The translations under genes were made by a program, and so were the position numbers. A stretch of DNA of 64,000 bases from Ptychomitrium polyphyllum (lineage: Eukaryota), in NCBI GenBank assembly GCA_973851085.1, contig OZ316775.1, positions 10,540,001-10,604,000 on the forward strand, written 5' to 3'. Positions 11,992-23,505 of this stretch are shown piece by piece; the first letter of the stretch is position 1, and the number at the start of each line of letters is the position of its first letter. The notes under the pieces are model-generated. The model was not told where the DNA came from. It searched no databases and saw nothing but the letters and a program-made list of their open reading frames with translations.

Positions 11992-14600
11992 ATGGTGAAG
12001 ATGGGGAAGGTGGGAGGGGTTCTGGGGTTAGCGGTGTTCATGATGCTGCTGCTGCTGTCGGCACCTGCTGGCTGTGATGCAATATGGTCTGGGAAGAAGG
12101 AACCTGCTACAGCAGGCGAAGCTGCTAAGGAGTACGCCAAGGAGGCCGTGCGCAACACAGCAGACGCCGCTTCCAATGTTGGTAAGCACTTCCACTTGGT
12201 TTCAAACTTCAGGTACGGTGATTGAGGAGGTTGTGTCGTAATCAGCATTAAGACGTTGCTTCTAATGATGTAAGTTCAGATTATGTGGAGTTAATCGACC
12301 ATGTGCGAAAGGTTTGGAAGTAGGGAGGAGAGTGGTGCTTTTGGGGAGAAGAGAAGGGGATGACTAACTTGAAGTGGTGGCAGGTGAGAGCATCAAGCAG
12401 ACAGCGAACGCAGCGTATGAAACGACAGCAAATGCGGCCAGGACGGTCACTGGAGGCAGGAGCGATCGCGCTTGGGATGGGCCAACTGGAGCAGCGTACC
12501 GAGACAGAGCAGGTCAGGCTCTATCATTTGGAACGTTTTAAGAGCACGTCCTCGGGCTTGTACTATTACTGACATATTGCACAATCGCAGGAAATTATGT
12601 TGTAGATACAGCTGCGGCAACGCAACGCAAGGCTGCCGATGCAGCAGCAGCTGTCAAGGATACTGCTGTTGGGGTAAGCATTAAGCTACACTTGGTCTTC
12701 CTTTGGGTCGAAGCTTGTAGCATGATCCAATGCTGTGGTAGCATATCATTTCCAGATGTATGTACCGATATCTTATAACGACAAAGTGCAGACCTAATTA
12801 TTGCCACCCTAATTGAAATTGAACTGGTACAAAGAACTGTCGAAGTTCGTTTGGAACAATTCTCTTAGTAAGCTTTGATTTCTTGAATGGATATATGATC
12901 GACTATCGTTCCTCATATGCAGTCTGCACAAGCTGCACGCGATACAGCAGCCCGGGCTTACGATGCTACAGCCGACACTATCGGTAGCGCTAGAGAGAGA
13001 GTATGGGGAATGCCGGAACCGGAGCCAACTTACACGCAGCGTGGTGCTGACGCCGCGCGAAGGACAAGTCAGAATGTGCGAGACGGTGCAGCAAGAGCGT
13101 ACGACACGACCACCGCGGGTTGGGGTTCCGGAAATCAAGATAACCGCGGAGTGTATGATAAAGCTAAAGACACTGTATCACAAGCTGGTCAGGCAACGCG
13201 CGACAGTGCTTACAAAGCTATGGGCTACGAAGCGCCCGCTGACAGGAGCTACGCATCGCGAGCGTATGATTCGGTTCGCGACAGTTCCTCAGACGCTTAC
13301 GAAACTGGAAAGAATCGTCTTGGAAGTATCATCGAGATTTTGGGTTGGCACAGAGCACCTGAAGACGATCACGTGACGAGCCATTTGGGGAAATACTATT
13401 CGCCCTACGACGTTGTTGTTGGAGATACTAGATACGTTTGGCATCAACGCCCTGATGAACCTGAGTCATACTACCAAAGCGCGAAGAATACCGTTGGAAG
13501 CACAACGCAGACAGTTGCAGACAAGGCCAGGGAAGGTGCAAACACGGTGTACGACGTTGCTGGGCGAACCAAAGACATGACGGTGGAGAGTGCGAGCAGG
13601 GCTTCAGAGTCCGTGAAGGATATGGCAGGGAAAACAGGGGAGGCAGTCTCTGAGTACAGCCAGAAGGGCAAGGAAGCTCTAAGTGCTGGTGTAGCTGCTG
13701 TTGGCGTTGATAAACTAGGTCATAACTTATTCATACCTGTATTTTCATGTTTTTGTTCTGTAGAGAGGACTCGATTCGCCATGGTCGATGGAAAAAATGA
13801 GCGTGAAATATTGTGTGGTTTTTTATCACATCTCCGAGGATGATTACTGACTGATAGTTGTAACATTGGTTTGTTAAGACTGTTGGAAACTGGTGCTGGT
13901 GTAGATTTTTTCTGTTGTTTTGGTCTGATCATGAAAATAAGTTGTTGTTTTGATAGTTGATGGTTACGGTGAATGTGCAGCTAAGCCTGGGTTCTTCCGA
14001 AGGATGTGGCGTTTCTTGCATCTGCTTACATGGGGCGTAACGCTCGGTACGGCTGTGTGGATGACGTTCATGTCGGGTCGCGTTCTTCAACAGAACATGC
14101 CCCGGGAGCAGTTCCGGACCGTTCAGACAAAAATATTTCCTTCCTACTTGCGTTTCCTGACTGCTGGCGAAAGCGTACTGACATTCCTCTACACTTTTAT
14201 GAGCCGGTCCTCGAAGTGGCAGGTCCTAAATCTGCTCATCTTGGTTGGTACCACTGCCTACAACGCTTATGTCCTTGAGCCACAAACTACCAAGGTATGT
14301 TTACCATGCGTCCGAGACGATAATATCGTATTCTGCCTACAGTCTGAAAATTTTGAAATCGCGAACTGGTTGATAATTGGAGTTTTTTTTGGTTGGCAGA
14401 TTTATCTTGATAGGTTGAGGTTGGAGAAGGAGGAAGGGAGGGGATTGAGTGATGCTGCAGCCGACAATATTAATGAAGAGCTTGCGGAGAAGAATAAGAA
14501 GTTCCAGGAGTTGCATGGCTACTCCGCTTCTTTGAATCTGTTGAGTTTAGCCGGCTTGACATATCATGCATGGAACATGGTGTCCAGGCTTTATGCGTAG
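11992..14600 (+). CDS. LEA-domain protein with N-terminal signal peptide and C-terminal DUF4149/TMEM205-like membrane domain, ~570 aa; exons 11992-12181, 12384-12512, 12591-12673, 12923-~13718, 13981-14294, 14400-14600
   Basis: Hydrophobic leader (VLGLAVFMMLLLLSAPAGCDA), A/T/D/K-rich LEA-like repeats (ARAYDATADT, VYDKAKDTV), then LHLLTWGVTLGTAVWMTF..MPREQFRTVQTKIFPSY and FQELHGYSASLNL typical of DUF4149. The exon 4 donor is uncertain. Confidence 0.85.
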
Positions 14601-15270
14601 AGAATGGTATTTATGACCTGTGTTTATATTATGTACATAGTTCGAAATTTGCAGCGTCCATAACAGGTGTCGACATAGGTCAGCTGATGTGAATTATGAG
14701 AGTTCAGGCATGATAGTTCAGGTTTGAGTGATGAATAGGTATTCGAGAACGTCTGAAAACCTTCCTGACAATTTTGCAACATCAATAGCAATTTCGTTAA
14801 TATAAGTAAATTTGCAGTATCTGAATTCTTCTCAGGGTATTCTGCCTTTATATGCATGTCTATTTAAAAGACTATAAACATGTGTCGTATCTGTTTATCA
14901 CTAAATTACTTATAGACTTAGTCTGCAGATGATAAATCCCTTACACTGCCAGTTTTGATGAAATCATGAGTATAGATAGATTCCTTTAGTTGACAAATGA
15001 AAATTATTGTCAATATGTAACAGTAAGGTCTGTAGCTTAGGGTTGTAACCGCTTTCTAAACTCAATTTTAGGTTTATGGGTAGCGCTCAGTTTTGTCGGC
15101 CTTCACACGTATTAACCACAAAACGCCCAATTATGCACTTTTCCATGATCTCATTTATTCAAATCTATTTATGAATATTATTTTTGCAAAATTCTAAATC
15201 TTGGATACCATTAGAAAATATGTTCACAATATTTTCTTCTTTCCATCAGGAAGTATGAAACTGTTCTAGT

Positions 15271-17921
15271 TTACCACGGAACACACGGAAAGTGGCATTT
15301 CCGAATAACAATTTTGGAGGCAACAGTCTGCATCGTCTCTAGCGTTCTTATAACTTCAGAAAATCGAGGCCGTTTCAGCGGCTCTTTGTTCCAGCAAGCT
15401 TGAATAAGCCTGTGCCGAAAAATCATACCCCAACGATATTACCGCATAATCAAGGGCATTGGATGGCTTTGTGGGACGAACGCAGGGAGAAAAATTTCAT
15501 GAAATCGTCATGTAGAACTCGTAAAGAAGCTAAAGAACTTAAGAGCAATAGACTCTGAATGAAACTTACTCTTTCATTCCTCCGGGATAACCGTTCGCAG
15601 CAAACTCAGGTCGCATATCTTCGTAGGCTCTTTTCCTTGCAATGCCTTCTGGTGTTGCACCGGGTCCAGCTTGTAGGCCCTCAAACATCTGATCCACGGA
15701 GCATCTGTTGGTGAGCCAAAGGGAAAAGAGGGGGCTCCGCCAGGAATGTCGGTAAGAAAGTGAGCATCAGATGTGGCACAAATATTTAAGCATCCATGTA
15801 CGCACTAAAATTGAATTGCAGCTTAGAAGAGACTTGGATGAACAAATTAACCTCGAATAATATGAGACCGAAGGAAAATACACCTACACTCTTGTCAAAC
15901 GGCTCTTTTCGAAAAACCTCCGGTGCCATATATAGATCTGAAGACAATCACAACGATACACAGCAAACGTGTAGAAACATGTTAGCAGGTGACCTGAGTA
16001 GGTTTCTCTCAACAGACAACCCACTAACGAGCCACTAACAAGAGTATTACATCGTACTTCACTTAGCGTTGAAATGGCATCTTACATGAGCCGAATTCGT
16101 TGCCCTCAGGTGATACTGTATACAGGATTCTTCGTAGGTTTCCGAAGTCGGTAATTTTCAATTGTCCGGCTTCATTTTGGAGCAAGTTTCTGAGCATAAA
16201 GAGAGGGGCTTTTGCAACCGCTTTAGTTATCAACAACAGCCTTATGAACTGTTTTTGGCTTCTAATGAGCATGAGCTTCAAAATTGAAGATTTCGTACTC
16301 GACACATCCAAGGTATGAAATCATGTGTACGTGTGGAACTTACTTAGGTTTAAGATTTGCATGTACGACGGGGTCTTTGTGCTCATGCAGATAGGTCATG
16401 CCCCTGCATCACGATATTTACTCAGACTACTTGCTTGAATTTGTGATGCTATCACATCCTGTCAATCTTGGACACAGAACTTGCAAGTTAGATTTCCATA
16501 ACCTGATGCATTTACAGGGAGGTTAAGAGGATGATCACCGAGCAATATCAAGTGCAAATTTCACAGCTTGCTTTGGCGACAGAGGTCCCTTCAACAGCAT
16601 GTCATGTAAATCACCCTGCAATTAAAATTTCTAGAGCATGTCAGGAAATGAGCTAGCTTGTTTCCACTTCCAAGAGACATGTATATTTCATGGTTACTTA
16701 AATTTGAGCTTCAGGTACACTTCTGGCGCAGATGTTCTGAAAACATAAGATTTTAAAATTTGTAAATTGAGTAAGCATTTTATTTACCCGTGAAAGGTAC
16801 TCCATGATGATGATTGGGGGTGGAGTCTTTGTAATGGAACATAGAAATTGTACTATGTTTGGATGACGCATGTGTTCCAGCAAGAGAATTTCTGTCTTGA
16901 GTTTGTTGCTGTAATACAAATCCAACCACAGAATACCATTTATCAGGAAGTATCAATAATCTATCACCGGCAGCTGAAACATTCAAATAAACGATCATCT
17001 CACATAACAGAAACCTTTTGCCACTTTCCACTTACAGAATGTGAGGGTCTGTTGAGTTATTCAAGTAGAGCGTTCTTGCGACCACTTTCGTACCGCGCCA
17101 GTCAACCAAGCGAACCTCTTGAGTGGCACTCTGAGCATGAGAAAAACAGTGCCAGAACAACGAGGCTTAGGGCGAACACAATCCACGTCAAAAAGAGTAG
17201 TCAAAAGGAATATTAAAGCTACAGCAAAATGGTTCAACGTTGTCACCTTGCGTAATGGATGAATACAGGGAATCGGCACTAATTCCGAATGATCGATCTC
17301 ATAATGAAGCGAGGGATCGTCGTCGTAAAATGAAGTAAGCTTTCGTCTATCCTGTTGATTCAGAAACATGACCAAATCATCTTTACCTTCACCGTACACA
17401 GAATTCGATCGTACTTTGAAGAAAACATTTTTGAAGTTGTACCTCGATTCTTGCACCGTGCTGCTCGAGTATCTCAGACACACCTCCTTTCGCGTACTTT
17501 CGAGCATCAGCTAGTGGCTGTCAATAGAACGAAGAGTTCTGTAAGAATCTAAGGAACATGTTCTCAGACTGATTGGAACCTACACTTCCCGTTCGTGAAG
17601 TTTAAACTCTTAATTTGGGCAACCGAAAATACTAGAATCAGGTGAGAATGGAAGGTTGAGCAACAGAGAAGAGTTTACAGTGTCGCTCCAGCGGTCCACA
17701 GCGTTGACGTTGGCGCCGCGCTTGAGCAGCAACTCCACCACAGGTTCATGTCCCTCACTGGCGGCCAAATGGAGAGCAGTTCTTTTGTCATAATCTGAAG
17801 AGTCAATGGAGACGCCTTCATCCAACAGCTGGTTTGTTCCTGCGACGTCGCCCTTGCTGGCGCAAGACAGTAGCAAATTTGTTTGGCGAAGCGACGCCGC
17901 TTGTTGAGCACGATTATACAT
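15271..17921 (-). CDS. Ankyrin-repeat Raf-like (ILK/VIK-type) kinase-fold protein, probable pseudokinase, ~407 aa; exons 17921-17679, 17517-17443, 17351-17247, 17130-17036, 16908-16788, 16615-16539, 16403-16344, 16189-16086, 15937-15852, 15688-15570, 15409-15271
   Basis: Ankyrin repeats DYDKRTALHLAASEGH and DRWSDTPLADA. Kinase motifs WRGTKV, RHPNIVQFL, LDIARGMTYLH, KITDFG, YMAPE, CW...P.KRP.F. Eleven GT-AG exons total 1224 nt in frame. Confidence 0.9.
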
Positions 17922-20400
17922 CTTAATCCTTGTTGCTCCTAGCTAGACTTGAGTTGCTTGAGTTCTTCAAGCTGAGGTGTTGTATTCCACTTGCGGAGGG
18001 GTTGGCAACCTGAACATGCTTGAATATCACGTGAAAATCCTCTCGCTCATGTTAACCGTTTCGATTCGGACGGTACTAGAACTAGAGCCCGATACACACT
18101 CTCGATTTCTAATTTCTAACCTCGACTTAGCGAAGGCTCTCGGTAGGACTTCATGCTTCATGCTTTATGCTCGTCTCCACTATCGAAGCCATTGCGCAAA
18201 AGCTACAGCACAATCTTGATGAGCACAATCACAAAATAACTTGGACCTATTCAAGTACACTCCAATCCACCAATTTTACAAGAAGATCAAGCATACCCAA
18301 GTTTCACAATGATCGACGCTCTAGCAGTGATTAGTCCGGCTCGGGAACAGATCAATTCCAATCACAGACTCGCTTCCAATCAGGCACTCCAAAACTGAGC
18401 TCAACTAATCGTAGGTGGTGAAACTATCCTATTCTCTGCACAATCAATGTAGCAACACAAAAATAGGAGAAAAACCAGAACTAAACACTCACCGCGTCTC
18501 TAAATTGACTAGAGAAGAAAACACGAGATCAATCACCAGGAGACAGCGATCGTTCTTCCAAGAACTGAGGTTCAAAAGCTGCACTCCATCTTCTGGAGAT
18601 AATTAGGTGCGCAATCGATCCGCAGCAAATGAAAGGAACGCCTTTGTTCTACATAGAATCACAGACTAATTCCAGAACGACATGAGGAGACAACTTGGGC
18701 TCGATTGGCTGGACGCCGTCGTCGTTATCGTTGTCGTCTCTCCGAGAGCACGCACAGGCAGGACCCAGTTGGCTAAAATTATAAAGTGAACAAGCCTAGA
18801 GCACTAGAATTGGTTGTTAGAAGTTAACGCTTCCGCAGACGACAGGGGCATGTATGGCACTTGGCTGCCTGGCTTCCGCTCTCCTCTGCGACGCAGAAAA
18901 CGGCCAACCACCAAGCCAACCCCAAATAAGCATTTTATATTCCGGTGAAGGACTCCCAAGAATCTATGAATCAACCGAAATCTAATCGTCCTAGGACATC
19001 TAGTACGTTGCGCTCTTTCAATGGATTCATTCCAAGGTGAGATGGTTTGATAACGTGCGCCTGTTTCGGTTGGCAAATTTGTCTCGACAGGTTGAGGTTA
19101 GAGGAGGGGAGCTTGCTCTTAACAGCCTCTTAAGGAGTCGCATGATTATTCCGTTGAGTTTGAAAATTGGCAGCGTACATAATAGATCAGTGAAGGTAAC
19201 AGGTATGTCAGATAATGTGAATCATAAGCAAGTGTAGGTTTCAGTGATGGATAGAAGTCTTAAGAACGACGAAGCATTTCAGTTGTTTTGCAATCTGGTA
19301 CTAGTTTTAGCAACTCCAGGAACGCTGTTGTGATATTTTCAAGTGGAGCTTAATAGCTTATTGTGGCTAAACTCTCCTCACGATTCTGTTGTGCTAATTT
19401 GAGTACATATATCTGAATGGTCTAATTGTAATGCAATTGGAGCTTCTCAATAGGCTATCGCTTACTGGCTCTTCAGAGTTTTCGATGATGATAATGTTCT
19501 CTTGTACTATTAGAAGTGATATGTCTCGATGAAACCCTATCTACAGATGGACTTCGTTTTTATCATAGAGAACGCAATATTCTCTTGATAGTGTTAGTTT
19601 TCGGTACATATGAACATCCGTACTTTAAACAAGAATCTACAGGAGAATTGGTAAAGCGCTCATTCGATTCATCCATGATCTGCACCCTCGATGAGTTTCT
19701 TTCCAACGTTTCCAAGGCCTTGGTTATGGCGAAGAATTTCTACACTTCTTTAGTGACAGATACATCAATAGTAACAAATGTTGTACAAGAGAGTAAAGCA
19801 TAGTTCCAAGGTTAACAGAGAAGACTACGAATAATGAGAGTATTCGTACACAACGGAATTTGTCATAACCAATTCGCAAGGTTCATTTTCGAATGCCATC
19901 ATCTCTTACAAGTGCTTGATTGTCAAGAATACCAAACATTCTTCAGTCAGTGAGATCATTCCTGAGATAGCTCGACATCCTCTAACTCTACATACTACCC
20001 ATTGCCTAATCCTGCTACATGTCTGCTCCTAGGATCTATCACCATGTCTGGCACTCCCGAGATGGGATTATAGTGGTGCCTACCTACTACTGTACACTAC
20101 ATCATACGAAGATCTCTGTAATATGAACAATTCCGAAGCTCCATCCGCCTTCACGAACCCTAATACAGGGGATCCATTCCTACTTCCACAAAGCCAGGAA
20201 CTTTCCCTGCACTACACCCGACGCACCACCTGCATTAAATTGTTCTAGAATTGTTCTCCACCAAGCGTTAATTATGGTGGTTTTAATCTACACTTGAGGT
20301 GGTGCCTTGGACTCTCGCTAATCCTGGCAATTCGTAAACAGCCTACAGATTAGCGGCCAAGTATGGTGAAATTGCACTCAATACTTAACCTCGAGCACAA

Positions 20401-23400
20401 TCAGTCACTGTCCTCGTGCTCATGGGCTTGCACAGATCGCGACCGCCACACCAGAGGCTTAATGGTCCTCCCCATGGAGCGTCGTGAAGCTCGAGGAGTG
20501 ATGGATTCACGCTCGTCATCAGATGAGGAGTCCACGAATTTCTTAGTCTCACCATTCCTTGTTGAGAAGCTCTTCTTCAAGGAGAACATGTCGGTGTCTT
20601 GACTCGTCACCACTCGCCTCGGTTCGAGCCGCCTCCTGGATTTTCTTGTTGCACTGTAGCTTCTGCCCCAGCGAAGAGCAGTTTCTTCCTCAGGAAATGA
20701 TCCGGGCTGGCTAAGCTCTCGAGCTCGAGGGGTTATGCAATGAGAATATGCAATCTCCTCGTTGTCCTCCACGGTTGGAAAGACTCCCAATTCTTGCTGG
20801 ATGGGGACATACTCTTCGGAAGGTGCAGCTGTCGGTTCTTCGGCTACGAGTTTGATCTCTTTCTCAGCTGCTGAAGGAGGATCGTAGTATGTCGATCCTT
20901 CGATTCTTGTGAAGGCAACTTTGTCCGTACAGTGTTTGGAGCTGTACCTGCGTCTTCTCGAATGTGGCATTGAGGGCGAGGACGGCACTGAAGATCTATG
21001 GGGTGAGGACGATGCCGCTGAAGGTGCTCTTGAAGGTGGTCGAGGAGAGGCTGCAATTGAAGCTCTCTGAGGCGATGATGCTAATGACGCTCGTTGAGGA
21101 GAGGCTCCAACTGCAGCTAACTTGTGAGGTGACGATGCTACTGAAGCTGGCCATGGGGCAGAGGAAACAATCGATGGCTTATGAGGTGATGATGCTCTTG
21201 ACGCTCGCCGAGGAGAAGCAGCAACTGGAGCTTTTTGGGGTGATGATGCTACTGATGCTGGCCGAGGAGAGGTTGCAATTGACACAGGTTGAGGTGATGC
21301 TGCTCGCGACACTCGTCGAGGAGAGGCTGCAATTGAAGCTTTTTGAGGTGACCCTGCTACCATGGCTGACAGAAATATGCGAGGAGAAAATGCTGCGGAA
21401 GCTCTAGGAGTTGGCACCAGTACAGAAGCCATCTCAGTTGAATCCAGTGATGAACTTTCATGTAGGTCATCAGCCGCATGTGCAACCTCTACTGCCACAT
21501 CCTCCGAAATGCGGGTGTGAACAATTTCGGCTACGACTGCCGGTGACACTCTCCGAGGCGAGCTTGCTCTCGAAGACGGCCTATGCAGGCTAACAGTAGA
21601 GGTCATCTGCTCCGACGTCCTGTTCTTCCTGGTGCTCGCAGGAGTTGCCTCGGCTGGGGTTAAGCTCGGTGTGTTGAGCGTGCTCACATCCGGACGCCCT
21701 TGCAAATTTGCAGAATCGACTTGAACTGGTACTGGCCGACGAGGGTGCGTCCTCCTCCTTGTGTGGGACAACACCTGGTCGAAAGCCCTAACATGCTTCT
21801 CCTCCAACGTCTCGGCTTGCTTGACATGAATCTGGCTCTCTGCTCGCTCCCTCGGGATCCCATCGTACACCCACTGGGGAATCTTCTCCACCGGATTGCC
21901 GAGTGGTGCAGCGTTGAGATTCGGCAGGCGAGGTGAAAAGCCTTTCGGGGGCAGAGGTTGCAAGCTTTGCAAGAGGCGGGGTGAAAACTGGGGAGGGGGT
22001 AGCACCTTCTCAGACATAAGGCTTCTGGAAGTACGAGAGGGAAGAGGAGAGTAAGCGCTACTACTGGCCTGCTTCTTCGACCGCGAAGTCTTCAAGTGGC
22101 GAAGTAGCGGTGTCTCGCCGGCAATGCCTTCAAGATTCGCAGCTCCGACAGCGATCTTGTTCCTGTTCTTCTCCGAGGCTTCCACTGCGATGCCCTTGCC
22201 AGTTGACACTACACTCTCACTGCCCTTCACAATATTCAATTGAGGGCTCATTGCTCCTCTAGCAATACTAACCTGCGGCTTCGTCCCACTCGAATTCCTC
22301 AGTCCAGCATGCTTCACATCGGCAACACTGGCGGCATTTCTTGGAACAGAGATGGGAGGTGTCGCCGTGTTGGATCCCCCCATTTCCATGTGCAACAGCT
22401 TCTCTATGGACTGCAACGCTTGCACATCGGAGACACGCCCCACATCCACGCTCCTCGGTAGTGGCAGTGGCAGTATCTCTGAAGCTTGTGCAGCAGGCTT
22501 GCTATAAATTCTGGCCACTTGCCTAACGTCCCGCTTCTCCCTACCAGTGCGGATTGGCGCGAGGGGGATGTGAGGACGCAAATCGGATTCTTTCACAGCT
22601 ATTACAACCTCGTCTTGACTACAGCGAGAGGTTGACATCGTTGGTGGTGGCGGTAAGGATCTCGACACTTCTTGCCGGTTCACCACAGGAACCAAAACGG
22701 GAGCTGCAACAGATGCTGCAACAGAAACTGCAACTGGAGCTGCAACAGGAGCAGTAACGGTAGCCGGAGGGAGTTTTTCATCGTGACGAGTTTCTTGCCT
22801 AATAGGTTTACGAGGAGTCATTGGTGGTGCATCTTGGTGCCTATCTTGTCTGGCGGTCACGGGCGTCGTAATTGTTGGTGGAGCGGGTGCTTGCGCTACA
22901 GTATGGGATGTTGTTGACATTAGGATTGCTGGTGTTGATGAGGTTTGGTCTTCTTGCTCTCCCCATCCTGGCCTGGACTCGTACTCCTTAACCCAAGTAT
23001 CCCACCAATCTTCGTCGCTTTCCTCTGCCGGCGGCGTCGGTGGGTAATTCTCTACTGGCTCTGGACGTATTTGCGGTGTCGCCCGTATTGTTGCAAGCTC
23101 ATGTCCACTGTTACCCCCTGTCCAGGGCGACGGGGCAGGAACTACGGTAATGTTATTGCCACTGCTAGCGTACAGGTTGCGATGACTCTCGCGGTGACCG
23201 TAATGACGACGCTCCATCAATTCACTGTTGTCCCTAGGCACCCATCTGCTAACTCCGTGCTCCCGGCCAAGGTGATTCTCTAGCTGCCCCGGCCCCCCCT
23301 CCGCCTTGATCTTCTCCATTTGCGAACCCACGCTCACAAGCGCCACCACGCAGAGTGCTGTCGACATGAGGAGCGGGGAGAAGTAAACCACCAGAGGAAA

Positions 23401-23505
23401 AAAAGGCGGCGTGAAGATGAGGAGCAGCAACCCTGTCAGAATCGGATGGTTCCATAGCAATGTCACAAATCCCAGCGCCTCCTTCACTTGCGCTCCTCCT
23501 CTCAT
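20401..23505 (-). CDS. Intronless ~1034 aa protein of unknown function: N-terminal hydrophobic membrane segment followed by a long disordered P/S/A/R-rich tail
   Basis: 3.1 kb stop-free ORF with first ATG at 23505 (the track start at 23562 is GTG). The N-terminal HPILTGLLLLIFTPPFFPLVVYFSPLLMSTALCVVALVSVG resembles, from memory, the N-terminus of plant 'cardiomyopathy-associated protein 5-like' uncharacterised proteins. Confidence 0.8.
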   Translation of the reverse strand: MRGGAQVKEALGFVTLLWNHPILTGLLLLIFTPPFFPLVVYFSPLLMSTALCVVALVSVGSQMEKIKAEGGPGQLENHLGREHGVSRWVPRDNSELMERRHYGHRESHRNLYASSGNNITVVPAPSPWTGGNSGHELATIRATPQIRPEPVENYPPTPPAEESDEDWWDTWVKEYESRPGWGEQEDQTSSTPAILMSTTSHTVAQAPAPPTITTPVTARQDRHQDAPPMTPRKPIRQETRHDEKLPPATVTAPVAAPVAVSVAASVAAPVLVPVVNRQEVSRSLPPPPTMSTSRCSQDEVVIAVKESDLRPHIPLAPIRTGREKRDVRQVARIYSKPAAQASEILPLPLPRSVDVGRVSDVQALQSIEKLLHMEMGGSNTATPPISVPRNAASVADVKHAGLRNSSGTKPQVSIARGAMSPQLNIVKGSESVVSTGKGIAVEASEKNRNKIAVGAANLEGIAGETPLLRHLKTSRSKKQASSSAYSPLPSRTSRSLMSEKVLPPPQFSPRLLQSLQPLPPKGFSPRLPNLNAAPLGNPVEKIPQWVYDGIPRERAESQIHVKQAETLEEKHVRAFDQVLSHTRRRTHPRRPVPVQVDSANLQGRPDVSTLNTPSLTPAEATPASTRKNRTSEQMTSTVSLHRPSSRASSPRRVSPAVVAEIVHTRISEDVAVEVAHAADDLHESSSLDSTEMASVLVPTPRASAAFSPRIFLSAMVAGSPQKASIAASPRRVSRAASPQPVSIATSPRPASVASSPQKAPVAASPRRASRASSPHKPSIVSSAPWPASVASSPHKLAAVGASPQRASLASSPQRASIAASPRPPSRAPSAASSSPHRSSVPSSPSMPHSRRRRYSSKHCTDKVAFTRIEGSTYYDPPSAAEKEIKLVAEEPTAAPSEEYVPIQQELGVFPTVEDNEEIAYSHCITPRARELSQPGSFPEEETALRWGRSYSATRKSRRRLEPRRVVTSQDTDMFSLKKSFSTRNGETKKFVDSSSDDERESITPRASRRSMGRTIKPLVWRSRSVQAHEHEDSD
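20990..21365 (-). repeat. Coding tandem repeat, ~27-nt / 9-aa unit (e.g. ASSPQKASI / AASPRRASR), roughly 13-14 degenerate copies
   Basis: Periodic gaggtgatgatgct / cgaggagaggctgcaattga motifs on +, visible in the translation. Confidence 0.85.

Noticed and set aside
20964..21407. 147-aa plus-strand Leu/Glu-rich repetitive ORF
   Set aside because: Antisense shadow of the Ser/Pro repeat in the 1034-aa gene.
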